Of a stretch of 50,146 bases of DNA, positions 7,485-16,865 are shown in pieces. The position numbers and the translations under genes were made by a program. How positions within the stretch are numbered: the first letter of the stretch is position 1; every line of letters begins with the position of its first letter. Source of the stretch: Armatimonadota bacterium. GTDB lineage: Bacteria > Armatimonadota > UBA5829 > JAUSEB01. The DNA is taken from assembly GCA_030650495.1 (NCBI GenBank), contig JAUSEB010000032.1:1-50146 (forward strand), given 5' to 3'. Below the pieces are notes generated by a model that made no database searches, was not told where the DNA came from, and was given only the letters and a program-made list of their open reading frames with translations.

Positions 7485-8039
7485 AAAACAAATCAACCCC
7501 TTATAAAGATCGCCGCATTTGCGGCACTTGCGCCAGCCGCGCGCTAACCTCCACTGCTCAAACTTCTGGCCGGACTCCATGGCGTTTCGGATTTTCGCGG
7601 CCAGCTTCTCATCCGTCACGCCCTCGGCGGCTTGGGCAACTCGCTTGAGTTCATTTCCGCCAAGCTCGATGTCCTGAATCTCATTAGGCGACGGGTGGTC
7701 TTCTTCCTCCCCGCCGGCGGCGTCTTTGGCCTTCTTGAGACCGCTCCCTGAGAACCTGATATCCTTAATTACCTGCCCGCCCGCCCGCTTGTTCAGCTCC
7801 TCGATTATTCGCGGCTTCAGGAAAGTAAGCTCCTGCGCCCAAGTGGAGCTTCGGCAGTTTACAAATAGTATCCCATCGCGGATGGTATCCGGCGCGGATG
7901 CGGACGCCGCTTTTTCCCCCACCACTTCCGCCCAGTAAGACGCGGCCTTCTCCTGATTCGTCCTGGTTTCCAGATGGTATCGTTTGAGGGTACCGGAAAC
8001 CAAATCCTTCATGCTCGACAAGTCCGACCGCCTTCTCAT
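7458..8039 (-). CDS. DUF721 (DciA-like) protein with C-terminal CxxC...CxxC extension
   Basis: The segment WAEVVGEKAASASAPDTIRDGILFVNCRSSTWAQELTFLKPRIIEELNKRAGGQVIKDIRF is typical DUF721. The C-terminus carries CRKCGDLYKGLICFSC. Its ATG overlaps the recF stop (ATGA at 8036-8039). Confidence 0.8.
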   Translation of the reverse strand: MRRRSDLSSMKDLVSGTLKRYHLETRTNQEKAASYWAEVVGEKAASASAPDTIRDGILFVNCRSSTWAQELTFLKPRIIEELNKRAGGQVIKDIRFSGSGLKKAKDAAGGEEEDHPSPNEIQDIELGGNELKRVAQAAEGVTDEKLAAKIRNAMESGQKFEQWRLARGWRKCRKCGDLYKGLICFSCQLSADS

Positions 8040-9154
8040 GCCCTGGCCACCTCCCCGGAAGAAACGTTGAACACCGCGCTGTCCGAAATTATCTCATTGG
8101 AAAACTCGTCAAGTCCGGTAGCTGTTGCGAACGTCTGGCATTTTCCGAACGTGAGATCGAACACGTGCGAGCGGCGCCGCTCGTCAAGCTCCGCCATCAC
8201 GTCGTCTAATAGAACCACCGGTGGTTCGCCGACCATGTCCTCCGCCAGTTGTATCTCGGCCAATTTGACCGCAAGGGCAGTCGTCCGCTGCTGCCCCTGG
8301 GAGCCGAAATATCTCGCGTCCATGCCGTTTATACGAAATGAAATATCGTCCCGATGTGGGCCTCTTACGGTGATGCCGCGCGCCAATTCCTGCTGCCTGC
8401 ATTCGAGCAAATCGTTTTTGAACCGATCGGCGACTTCCTCGACCGTGTCGGTTTCATTTACTGAAACGCTCGGCTCATATTGAATCTCAAGTTCCTCCAC
8501 TCCACCGGTCAATTGACTGTGAATCCGGGAAGCAATCTCCGCCAAATGTGTTATGAAATCAAACCGCGCTTTTAGCATAATCGATCCAAAACCCGTAAGC
8601 TGCTCATCCCAGATGGAAAGAGTTTCGGCTCCATGTCCATGAGCTTTTAATGTCTTGAGAAGCGCGTTGCGTTGTTCCAGCGCCCGTTTGTAGCCCCCGA
8701 GAGCGTAAACATACTCTCCGCGCAATTGGGATACTTCCAGGTTCAGAAACCTTCTTCTTTCCGAGGGGTCGCCTTTTATCATTTCCAAATCTTCCGCGCT
8801 GAATATCACCGCGTTGAGCTGGCCGATAGCGTCCGCTATTTTGGAGTGTCTTACTTTATTGAGTCTTACAATCTTTTTCTCAAGCCTGCTGAGTATAACC
8901 TCGATTTTTATGTCGTTCTGTTCTTCTCTGACGACATCAGCGTATGCCCTTGCCGTGTCTTCTCCCACTCTTATCAGGTCGGTATCTCGATTAGTTCGAT
9001 GAGATTTCGTCGTAGCCAGCAAATATACGGCTTCGAGCAGGTTGCTTTTACCTTGAGCGTTCGGCCCTACAAAGATATTGATAGCAGGGCCCGGTTCGAT
9101 CCGCTGCGAAGCGTAGTTTCTGAAATTATTAAGCTGGATTTCTCGAATATGCAT
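8036..9154 (-). CDS. recF: DNA replication/repair protein RecF
   Basis: Walker A GPNAQGKSNLLEA, signature SQGQQRTTALAVKLA, Walker B VVLLDDVMAELD. 372 aa. Confidence 0.95.
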   Translation of the reverse strand: MHIREIQLNNFRNYASQRIEPGPAINIFVGPNAQGKSNLLEAVYLLATTKSHRTNRDTDLIRVGEDTARAYADVVREEQNDIKIEVILSRLEKKIVRLNKVRHSKIADAIGQLNAVIFSAEDLEMIKGDPSERRRFLNLEVSQLRGEYVYALGGYKRALEQRNALLKTLKAHGHGAETLSIWDEQLTGFGSIMLKARFDFITHLAEIASRIHSQLTGGVEELEIQYEPSVSVNETDTVEEVADRFKNDLLECRQQELARGITVRGPHRDDISFRINGMDARYFGSQGQQRTTALAVKLAEIQLAEDMVGEPPVVLLDDVMAELDERRRSHVFDLTFGKCQTFATATGLDEFSNEIISDSAVFNVSSGEVARA

Positions 9155-9174
9155 TGATTTAGTATTACGATCAC

Positions 9175-9252
9175 GTCATTCCGAACATAATAAGGAATCT
9201 GCTTTTTCTGAATTCGGTATAAAAGCAGATTTCTCGACTTCGCTCGAAATGA
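9175..9252. mobile_element. diverged short member of the gtcattc...gaatgac MITE-like family
   Basis: The ends gtcattccgaacataataaggaatc and gatttctcgacttcgctcgaaatgac flank a palindromic core tgcttttt...aaaagca. Confidence 0.55.
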
Positions 9253-9261
9253 CAAAACAGT

Positions 9262-9515
9262 CAGCCGGCGCGTATTTCCTAATACTATATATTATACTTA
9301 TTTGGTAGTAGTGGTAGTAGTCACTGTGGAAACTGTGGAAATCCGGGAATTCCAAGCGCGGCCACGAGGAAAATCGGATGTGCATAAAATAATATGTTTA
9401 GGAAGCTCAACTGTGAGGAATAGTACTTGTTTTCCACAAGAGTCCACATGGAAAAATCGAAAAGAAGAGTCCACACGTCGTCCACAGAGTTATCATCAGG
9501 TAACTAACAGAGTTA
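9262..9515. other. candidate oriC segment: AT-rich tract plus DnaA-box cluster
   Basis: AT-rich tract at 9274-9303. Box-like 9-mers at 9324-9332, 9333-9341, 9379-9387, 9430-9438, 9440-9448, 9467-9475 and 9478-9486 (TCCACA/TGTGGA cores). It lies between dnaA and recF. Confidence 0.6.
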
Positions 9516-10883
9516 TTAACACCCGTTTCGGAGCTTGTTGGTAAGCTCGTCGAGAGCGCGGACAAGAGAGGCGTCCGAAGCCGCAAGCTCTTTAACCTTG
9601 GCGCACGCATGCAGTACGGTCGAGTGGTCTCTCCCGCCGAACGCCCTTCCTATGCTGACCAGGGACGCTGATGTGAGTTCTCGCGCAAGGTACATGGCCA
9701 CCTGGCGGGCAATAACAAGCTCTTTTGTTCTCCTGGCTCCCGTGAGGTCTTCCTGAGAGACGGAGAACTTGAGGCACACGGCCTCCTGGACCGCCGCCGG
9801 GTCCAAAGCACGCGGGGCGGAATCGCCGAAATACCCGCCGAGAACGTCTGCGGCGAGAGTTGGCGTGACGGGCATTTTCATAAGAGAGGCGTATGCGTGA
9901 AGTTTGATCAGCGCGCCTTCAAGCGCCCTTATGTTGGAACGAATCAGCTTGGCGATATACAAAATCACGTCGTCCGGCAGGGTCATATTCTCGTCGAGGG
10001 CCTTCTGCTGGAGTATGGCCATTCGGGTTTCCAGATCAGGCTCGACTATGTCGGCGACGAGGCCGCATTCAAATCTGGAAAGAAGCCGCTCGTCGAGCTG
10101 CAGGTCTTTCGGCGGCTTGTCGCTCGATAAGACGATCTGTTTCCGAGTCTCGTAAAGGGCGTTATATGTGTGGAAGAATTCTTCTTCGGTGCGTTCTTTG
10201 CCTGCGATGAACTGGATATCGTCCACCAGCCAAACGTCAACGTTTCGATATTTCCTGCGGAACTCAGAGTTGCTGCGCTCTCTAAGCGACGTGACGTAGT
10301 GATGGGTGAAGGTCTCGCCTGATACGTAGACCACCCGCGCGTTGGGTTTGGACTCAACTACTTTTTGCCCTATGGCGTGAAGCAGGTGGGTTTTGCCAAG
10401 CCCCGGTCCGCCGTAAAGGAACAAGGGATTATAGGTCTTGCCGGGCCGCTCGGCTACCGCGAAGCAGCTCGCGTGCGCCAGGCGGTTGCAGGGGCCGACG
10501 ACGAAGGTGTCGAACGTATAATGGTCGTTCAGCGGTAGAGAGAAAGGATCCTCCCGCGATTTTCTTGGCGCCGGTTGGGGAAGTTTTTGCTGGGTTACAG
10601 GCGGGTCTACAGACTCCCCGTATGCCAACTGTATGGTAACGTCCATCTCCAGGAACGAGTCCAGGATAGCCTTTATGGTTTTAAGGTGTTTGCTTTCTAT
10701 CCAGCGCTTCGCGAAAAGGCTGGCAGTGCCAAGCAGCATTACTTTGCCGTCGAAGTCCAGGGGTATGATGGGCCTGATCCAGGTATTGAATGAGGCTTTG
10801 TTCGATTGAGCGGCAAGCGTGTCCAGCACGTGTTGCCAAGCTTGCTGAAGAATCGCGTCTAGTTCATCTTCACCTAATTGCAT
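9516..10883 (-). CDS. dnaA: chromosomal replication initiator DnaA
   Basis: Walker [14 protein letters not shown], Walker [11 protein letters not shown]-terminal DNA-binding region [30 protein letters not shown] prefer the ATG at 10883, because the TTG at 10985 lies inside the predicted promoter. Confidence 0.93.
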   Translation of the reverse strand: MQLGEDELDAILQQAWQHVLDTLAAQSNKASFNTWIRPIIPLDFDGKVMLLGTASLFAKRWIESKHLKTIKAILDSFLEMDVTIQLAYGESVDPPVTQQKLPQPAPRKSREDPFSLPLNDHYTFDTFVVGPCNRLAHASCFAVAERPGKTYNPLFLYGGPGLGKTHLLHAIGQKVVESKPNARVVYVSGETFTHHYVTSLRERSNSEFRRKYRNVDVWLVDDIQFIAGKERTEEEFFHTYNALYETRKQIVLSSDKPPKDLQLDERLLSRFECGLVADIVEPDLETRMAILQQKALDENMTLPDDVILYIAKLIRSNIRALEGALIKLHAYASLMKMPVTPTLAADVLGGYFGDSAPRALDPAAVQEAVCLKFSVSQEDLTGARRTKELVIARQVAMYLARELTSASLVSIGRAFGGRDHSTVLHACAKVKELAASDASLVRALDELTNKLRNGC

Positions 10884-10956
10884 CTGCCTGTCCACGGCTG
10901 ATTTTACCTCTGGTATTGGACTTGGTGGGCGGCTCAAGAACCCTCCAGCGGACGGT

Positions 10957-10985
10957 ATTATAGCAGACGGACGGGGGCATAGCAA
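10957..10985 (-). promoter_or_regulatory. dnaA promoter TTGCTA-17-TATAAT (minus strand)
   Basis: The plus strand reads attata at 10957-10962 and tagcaa at 10980-10985, with a 17-nt spacer. This gives a ~70-nt leader to the ATG at 10883. Confidence 0.55.
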
Positions 10986-11019
10986 CAGGTTTTCGGGGTT
11001 TGGAAAAATATAATTTTCC

Positions 11020-11084
11020 GATGTTTCGGGATTTTTGTCTCAACATGCCTAGCGGGCTTAATCTAACCGAAATCCCGAAACATC
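11020..11084. repeat. gtttcggga-family hairpin (15-bp stem)
   Basis: gatgtttcgggattt (11020-11034) pairs with aaatcccgaaacatc (11070-11084). The same stem and right flank occur at 34350-34451. Confidence 0.9.
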
Positions 11085-11086
11085 AA

Positions 11087-11149
11087 CTCATCACTCATCA
11101 CTCATCACTCATCACTCATCACTCGTTACTCGTTACTCATCGCTCATTA
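11087..11149 (+). repeat. CTCATCA heptamer array (9 units)
   Basis: ctcatca x5, ctcgtta x2, ctcatcg, ctcatta. Confidence 0.95.
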
Positions 11150-11171
11150 CTGGCCGCTCCCTCCCGCAGGT

Positions 11172-11199
11172 TTCCAACAGCCTCCCGCCTAACTATTAT
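11172..11199 (+). promoter_or_regulatory. possible promoter TTCCAA-16-TATTAT
   Basis: ttccaa at 11172-11177 and tattat at 11194-11199, upstream of the RBS gagagg and the ATG at 11226. Confidence 0.3.
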
Positions 11200-11225
11200 G
11201 TATCCACCCACGAGAGGTATTTGTA

Positions 11226-12596
11226 ATGAAAACTCTTATAGCCGTAATCGCGGCCGTCTTGTTTCTCGCGGGCCAGGCGTCCGCCGGTGAAATCACCGTT
11301 CATTCCTCGAAACGGTACTTCCAGGCCGCTTCGGGCAAGCCAGTTTTCCTGCTTGGTTACTATTGCTGGGCGTCCGTCGCTCCCGGATATTACATCGAGT
11401 CGCCGCAGCGGTACGCGGATATGATCACAAATGGCGCGCCCCATAAGATCAACTACATTCGCTTCAGCCTTGGAATCAACGCCCTTGGCGGCGGCGGCAA
11501 GCATTACTGGGATGCGCGAAAAACGCCCACGCCCTTTATGTATATCAACGGCAAGGCGGATTTGGACAAATGGAACCCGATATTCTGGGACGGCCTGAAA
11601 TATCACGCCGAGCTTGCCAAGCGACATGGCGTTATGCTGCACGTGTGCCTGTTCGACGGCGTGGACATACGTGGTGGTGATCGCGCGCACCGCTGGATAA
11701 ACTCCTACTGGAATATCGACAACCAGGTAAGAGATTTCTACGGCGACCTCGATGTGATTACTAACGACGGCAACACGGACGAGAACGGCGAATTCTATCG
11801 GGTGAGAGATTTCGCGAACAACACCGGGGTCGGGTATTACCAGCGCAAGATCATCGACAAAGCCTTGGCTGTGACCGCTCCTTATGACAACATTTTCTAT
11901 GAAATCGGAAACGAGATGATGGATTCCCGCGCCGATTGGAATTCGCTCGTGATCGAATATGTGAAGTCGAAGACCAAGAAGGCGATTACGCAAAACGGCG
12001 GGCGGCTGGCCTACAACGCCGACGGCTGCGCTGAACATAATCCGAACACGCCGGATGATGTTAAGAAGTCACTGGAGTCTCTTACCGGCAAGGGATACCC
12101 GTTCTGGCTGGACCCGGACGGCTCCCGGTTGGGTCGTGGAACCCCAGATGACCTCCGCCGCGCGGTTTGGTATTCCTTTGCCGGTGGCGCAGCCGGATGG
12201 GGCAGCTTCAACACCAGTTTCGACCGGCGTGGTATGCTCAAAACGGAAACGGCTGTCTATTACGGAAATTTGGCCGAGTTCATCGAGGAGTCGGGAGTCA
12301 GATTCTGGGAGATGGTCCCGCACCACGGCCTAGTCAGCAACAACAAAGTCAACTCCTGCATTTCAAAGGACGCTTACGAATATGTTGTATATGTGCTTGC
12401 CGACCCATCCGTGGAAGTCAACCTCCAGGATGTGACCGAAAAGGCCATTTGCCGGATTTACGATACAAAGGCCGGTGTATGGGGAGCCGAACAGGAAGTC
12501 CAGGGCGGACGCTTGCGCAAGTTCGAGAAACCGGCAGGAGCAGATGACTGGGCGATTCATATCAAGGCCGAGCCGGTGAGGTTGGGTGTTAGGTGA
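11226..12596 (+). CDS. secreted putative glycoside hydrolase (clan GH-A, GH5-like TIM barrel)
   Basis: Signal peptide MKTLIAVIAAVLFLAGQASA. FYEIGNE resembles the clan GH-A acid/base NE motif. 456 aa. The family assignment is tentative. Confidence 0.6.
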   Translation: MKTLIAVIAAVLFLAGQASAGEITVHSSKRYFQAASGKPVFLLGYYCWASVAPGYYIESPQRYADMITNGAPHKINYIRFSLGINALGGGGKHYWDARKTPTPFMYINGKADLDKWNPIFWDGLKYHAELAKRHGVMLHVCLFDGVDIRGGDRAHRWINSYWNIDNQVRDFYGDLDVITNDGNTDENGEFYRVRDFANNTGVGYYQRKIIDKALAVTAPYDNIFYEIGNEMMDSRADWNSLVIEYVKSKTKKAITQNGGRLAYNADGCAEHNPNTPDDVKKSLESLTGKGYPFWLDPDGSRLGRGTPDDLRRAVWYSFAGGAAGWGSFNTSFDRRGMLKTETAVYYGNLAEFIEESGVRFWEMVPHHGLVSNNKVNSCISKDAYEYVVYVLADPSVEVNLQDVTEKAICRIYDTKAGVWGAEQEVQGGRLRKFEKPAGADDWAIHIKAEPVRLGVR

Positions 12597-12709
12597 TAGG
12601 TGATGGGTGTTAGTGATAGGTGTTGGGTGCTAGGTGATGGGTGTTGGGGAAACCGGAACCATCAACGATCTTCCCCCCATCCCCCAACACCTAATACCCA
12701 ACACCCACC
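12575..12709. repeat. GGTGTTG/GGTGATA heptamer array folding on a CAACACC array
   Basis: The left arm (12575-12649; ggtgata ggtgatg ggtgtta ...) and right arm ccccccatcccccaacacctaatacccaacacccacc (12673-12709) are imperfect complements. The stop TGA at 12594-12596 lies inside the array. Confidence 0.85.
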
Positions 12710-12740
12710 AGTACAATTACCGGTTTTGAACCACGTTTGA

Positions 12741-12769
12741 TTGACACGTTATGCCCTTTGCGCTAACCT
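12741..12769 (+). promoter_or_regulatory. possible promoter TTGACA-17-TAACCT
   Basis: ttgaca at 12741-12746 and taacct at 12764-12769, upstream of the GH9 gene. Confidence 0.3.
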
Positions 12770-12882
12770 GAATCAAGGGATCGCGCCCGCCATCCAAGCG
12801 CGAATCGCAGTCGAAGTAAGAGTTCAGGGTGACGTGTATTCCTCATCAACAGTGAACTGTTACGCAGTCGGAGTACGCGGAG

Positions 12883-15800
12883 ATGATTCTGATGCGGCGG
12901 GTAATTTTATTATTCCTCACATTTTGCGCCGTCCTATTGCCGCGCGTGGACGCCCTTGCTCTCGACGTTTTAGTGAACCAGGTCGGCTTTGAGCCGAACT
13001 CGCCGAAAGCGTTTCGGGTACAACGAGCAACGGATTACGCGGGAGACGGAACGTTTTCCGTAAAACGAGTCTCCGACAACGCCGAGGTCTACGCAGGTTC
13101 CCTAACAAGAAAGGGCGGCTTGTGGGACAAGTGGTATTGGCAGGGCGACTTCAGCTCCTACCAGATCCCCGGTGAATATTATATAAGCGCGGCCGCCGGC
13201 GGAGAAACCAATACATCCTACAACTTCAACATCAGCCCCGGCTATTTGCTGGATAAAACCGGAAAGCTCGCTTATCAATACTTCCTCACCCAAAGATGCG
13301 GCACAAGCGTCTCCGTTCAATATCAGGATTGCGACGGCAACACTATCAACTGGTCGCACAACGCCTGCCACCTCGACGACGGTTACCTCAAGCCGGACGG
13401 CCCCCAATTAGACGAGGTTGGCGGATGGCATGACGCGGGCGATTACAACAAGTTCCCCCATGGCTTCGGGGCGAACGGCGTTTTCGACCTCCTTTGGCTC
13501 TACGAATCTAACAAGACTTACTACGACGCAATTGACGCTAACGCGAATAATATCCCCGACATCATCGAGGAAGCCCGGCATCAGGCCCGCTGGCTGGTTA
13601 AGATGGTCCAGCCGAGCGGACATATAATGGGGGGAACGCAGATACGCCGAAGCGGCCCAACCTGGGTAAGGCCGGAAAACGACACGGACAACGTTATCGG
13701 CAACTCCGATGATCGCTGGATTACATTGGGAGACGAAGGCACTCCGCAGGAAACCGTCTGCTCCGCCGCCCTGATAAAGATGCATCGCGTGTTGGCCTCC
13801 AAAGGACTTCCTACGGAGAATTTCGCGCAGAAGGCGCTCGATATTTGGAACCACAGGGTTGCTATTGGGCAGGCTGGAGGGCATAACAACCTCGGCGCCG
13901 GAGCGCATCAAATATGGGCGGGGCTTGACCTTTACGCCGTGTTTGGACAGCAGAACTGCTGGGATAGGGCGGTGCAAAGAATCGATGATCTGTCGGGTCC
14001 CATTATCAGCAATCCAGCGTTTTACGACAATATGATTTACTGCGAGGGTCCTGGTTACGAACTGGGAGTCCTTGCCTGGTTTGCGCGGACCTACCCGCAA
14101 ACCGCGCAGGCCGCCAACGCCCGAACCGCTGTTCAAGCCCTCATGGATCACTATATCAACTATCTCGCAAGCCCGCAGATCGGTCTCATGAGGCGCGTTG
14201 ACACCGAATACGGCGGCGGACAACTCCTTTACTTCCCGACAAATTCGGACTGGAACGGTTTCTTCTGCGGCATAAACCGCCTCTATTTGGTGGTGTTATT
14301 CGGGGCCGTCGAATCATATAAGCTCATCGGTGATCCCGCATATCTCAAGTTCGCGCTCGATCAATACGACTGGGTTATGGGCGCGAACTATAACCGCATT
14401 TGCATGATGGAGGCCGCCGGGGACAACAATCTCAACAAATATCACAGCAGATACGATACGTTTATCGCCAACGGCGTCCAGCCTGGCGTGGTCCCGAATG
14501 GATACGTCCGCGTATATTCAACCGGCCTGCCGAATATGGACCTCACCGGCGCAAGATACCAGACCAACGAAGGCTGGCTCATAAACAGCGCCGCTTATGC
14601 GATAGGCCTCTCGGCGTTTACGGTCTTCACCGACAGCGCGCAAATCGTTTCCGACACGATTCCATCCGTAATGTACACCGGCCGGACCTACTCTGTTTCA
14701 GTTGTGGTGAAGAACACGGGATATATCCCCTGGACGTTTGCAACCGGTTATAAGCTCGGCGCGGTCGACGACTCCGACCCGTTCGCTCCGGGGAGAGCCG
14801 ATCTCGCGGGCGGCGACTCGATCGGCGCGGGCCAGCAGAAGACATTTACTTTCACGATGACGGCTCCCGCCACAACGGGGACTTACACAACCGACTGGCG
14901 GATGGTCCACGAGCAAGTCTGCTGGTTCGGCGACACGCTCGCCAAGCAGGTTCAGGTATTCGACAGCGCGCCGCCCGCGGCTGTGGTCAGTCTTACGGCA
15001 ACTCCCGGCGACCAGCAGGTTGCGCTTTCGTGGGTCAATCCGAGCAGCGCGAACTTTACGGGAACTATGATACGCTGGAAAATCAATAGTTATCCCAGCA
15101 GCATTACAGATGGCTCGATTGTAGTCGATAAACCAAACGTCCCAGGCTCAACCGACAGCTATGTGCAAATAAGCAGAACAAACGGGATGACTTTCTGCTA
15201 CCGCGCGTTCTCGCATAACGACATCCCGGCCTACAACACCGCGTCGTCGGTCACGGCCACCGCCGTTCCCGCGTACGACCCCCTCTGGCTGAATGAGACT
15301 TTTAACCCTTACACGAACGGGAACTTAGGCGGGCAGGGCAACTGGACGACGCAAAGCGGAACAACCTCCGCCCAGGTCGAATCGGCATTTGTCCCAACGG
15401 GAGGAGTAAGAGCCGTCTTGCTGGACAGCGCAGCCGCCGGAGGCTCCATCAAGAACCACTATAACGGCTTTAACAAGAAATCGTTTGGCTATCAATACGT
15501 GAGCTTTGACGTTGCCCAGGACTACACCGGAGACCAGGGCGTTAAATTCGGCTCAATCTATGTTTACGCGGACAACTCATCAACCGAGATAGCAAGAGTG
15601 GACTGTATGAGCGGCAGGTGGATGCTCGACCACGGCGATGGCTCAGCCTTCATCGTGTCCTCGGTCACTCCCAACACTTGGTATAACATCAAGATAGGCT
15701 TCGACATGCCCCAAAAGAAGCTCGACTGCTGGGTCAACGGCATACAAATAGCCTCAAATTATTCTTTTAAGGGAACTGGGACGAACATAGCCAAAATAAC

Positions 15801-16746
15801 CGTCGCCACTGATAGGCAGGCGGCTCTTTCAGTCCAGAAGCTCTACGTGGACAATATAAGAGGAGAAACAAGACCCGCCGCCCCGACTACGCTGACGGAT
15901 GACGGAGTTTACACAGGCTCTCTCACCAAACTCCACTGCTCCTGGAGCGCGGTTACCGGAGCGACCCAGTATCGCTACGCCATCGGAACGACCCCAGGCG
16001 GAACCAACATTCGCAACTGGACAAGCAACGGCGCGCCAACCGATGTGTCAGCGACGGAATTGTCTTTGGTTGAGAACCAGACCTACTATTTCTCCGCTAT
16101 GGCCGGGAACGCCTATGGAACCTGGGGGCCGTCGACAAACTCAAACGGCATTTCCACCGCCACCGGGGTAAACATCCAGCAGGCCAAAGCCCTAAACGAC
16201 GGGCAGATAAGGGCTATCAGAGATAAGGTCGTCTCCGCCGCTTTTTCCGGTTATTTCTATATACAAGAGCAAGACAAGCCATTTGGAATCATGGCCGTCT
16301 CATCTGCCACAGTCTCGCCTGGACAGCTTGTCGACGTCGCGGGCCCAATTGGCGGGGCTGACTCAGAGAGATTCATATACTTAACGGGAAACGCCGTAAA
16401 CTTCGCGTCCGGCCCCGGCTCCCCTCCTCCCATAGCTATAGGTAACTCCGCTCTCGGCGGAGTTGCGTTAAACGATAAAACGCCCGGCATAACAGGCGGC
16501 GTAGGTTTGAACAACATCGGGCTGCTGGTGAGGACAGGGGGGCGCGTCACTGAAGTCGATCCGTCGGGAAACTACTTCAGGATCAGCGACGGTTCAAAAC
16601 AGATTAAGATATTGAGCGAAAGCCTTGCGGAGCCGTCCGGCGAGCCTTATGTCGTCGTCACCGGCATTTGCGCGCGCGACGCCTCCGACGGCGAGCCGCG
16701 CGCGGCCGTCCGGCCCAGAACGCAGGCGGATATAGCGGAGTTCTGA
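12883..16746 (+). CDS. secreted multidomain GH9 endoglucanase-like protein (1287 aa)
   Basis: Signal peptide, then an Ig-like N-domain motif VNQVGFEPNSPK, the GH9 signature GGWHDAGDYNKF and a later YQTNEGWLINSAAY. These are followed by an NBR1-like Ig domain, FN3 (PGDQQVALSWVNP) and a ~600-aa C-terminal module shared with the next gene. The start may be the ATG at 12892. Confidence 0.85.
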   Translation: MILMRRVILLFLTFCAVLLPRVDALALDVLVNQVGFEPNSPKAFRVQRATDYAGDGTFSVKRVSDNAEVYAGSLTRKGGLWDKWYWQGDFSSYQIPGEYYISAAAGGETNTSYNFNISPGYLLDKTGKLAYQYFLTQRCGTSVSVQYQDCDGNTINWSHNACHLDDGYLKPDGPQLDEVGGWHDAGDYNKFPHGFGANGVFDLLWLYESNKTYYDAIDANANNIPDIIEEARHQARWLVKMVQPSGHIMGGTQIRRSGPTWVRPENDTDNVIGNSDDRWITLGDEGTPQETVCSAALIKMHRVLASKGLPTENFAQKALDIWNHRVAIGQAGGHNNLGAGAHQIWAGLDLYAVFGQQNCWDRAVQRIDDLSGPIISNPAFYDNMIYCEGPGYELGVLAWFARTYPQTAQAANARTAVQALMDHYINYLASPQIGLMRRVDTEYGGGQLLYFPTNSDWNGFFCGINRLYLVVLFGAVESYKLIGDPAYLKFALDQYDWVMGANYNRICMMEAAGDNNLNKYHSRYDTFIANGVQPGVVPNGYVRVYSTGLPNMDLTGARYQTNEGWLINSAAYAIGLSAFTVFTDSAQIVSDTIPSVMYTGRTYSVSVVVKNTGYIPWTFATGYKLGAVDDSDPFAPGRADLAGGDSIGAGQQKTFTFTMTAPATTGTYTTDWRMVHEQVCWFGDTLAKQVQVFDSAPPAAVVSLTATPGDQQVALSWVNPSSANFTGTMIRWKINSYPSSITDGSIVVDKPNVPGSTDSYVQISRTNGMTFCYRAFSHNDIPAYNTASSVTATAVPAYDPLWLNETFNPYTNGNLGGQGNWTTQSGTTSAQVESAFVPTGGVRAVLLDSAAAGGSIKNHYNGFNKKSFGYQYVSFDVAQDYTGDQGVKFGSIYVYADNSSTEIARVDCMSGRWMLDHGDGSAFIVSSVTPNTWYNIKIGFDMPQKKLDCWVNGIQIASNYSFKGTGTNIAKITVATDRQAALSVQKLYVDNIRGETRPAAPTTLTDDGVYTGSLTKLHCSWSAVTGATQYRYAIGTTPGGTNIRNWTSNGAPTDVSATELSLVENQTYYFSAMAGNAYGTWGPSTNSNGISTATGVNIQQAKALNDGQIRAIRDKVVSAAFSGYFYIQEQDKPFGIMAVSSATVSPGQLVDVAGPIGGADSERFIYLTGNAVNFASGPGSPPPIAIGNSALGGVALNDKTPGITGGVGLNNIGLLVRTGGRVTEVDPSGNYFRISDGSKQIKILSESLAEPSGEPYVVVTGICARDASDGEPRAAVRPRTQADIAEF

Positions 16747-16865
16747 AAAACAGGTATATCGAAAGCTCGCAAGTCGGGCTACAATAGAAATAAGGAAGGC
16801 CGTAGGATAGCGCTTGCCGCCGTTAACACGAGTCCCTCCGTAATTAAGTGTAAAGGCGCATTAGT

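Noticed and set aside
9302-9610. Small ORFs (80 and 67 aa) in the dnaA-recF spacer.
   Set aside because: They overlap the DnaA-box cluster and the dnaA 3' end, with no RBS. The region is better explained as origin DNA.
11000-11290. 96-aa ORF encoding HQLITHHSSLITHHSLLVTH.., and similar small ORFs at 3158-3379, 9176-9385, 22776-22964, 25779-25973 and 32944-33171.
   Set aside because: They are translations of heptamer arrays, palindromes or MITE-like ends, and some overlap promoters or RBSs of real genes.
11196-12038. 280-aa minus-strand ORF.
   Set aside because: It is antisense to the signal-peptide GH5-like gene, with no RBS or motif support.
13408-14223. 271-aa minus-strand ORF. The same applies to 18138-18737, 43453-44070, 45998-46711, 47792-48628, 30494-31114 and 31644-32201.
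   Set aside because: All lie antisense inside genes with strong family signatures (GH9, the GH140-like gene, atpF/H, atpG, atpD, recQ). They are GC-rich shadow frames.
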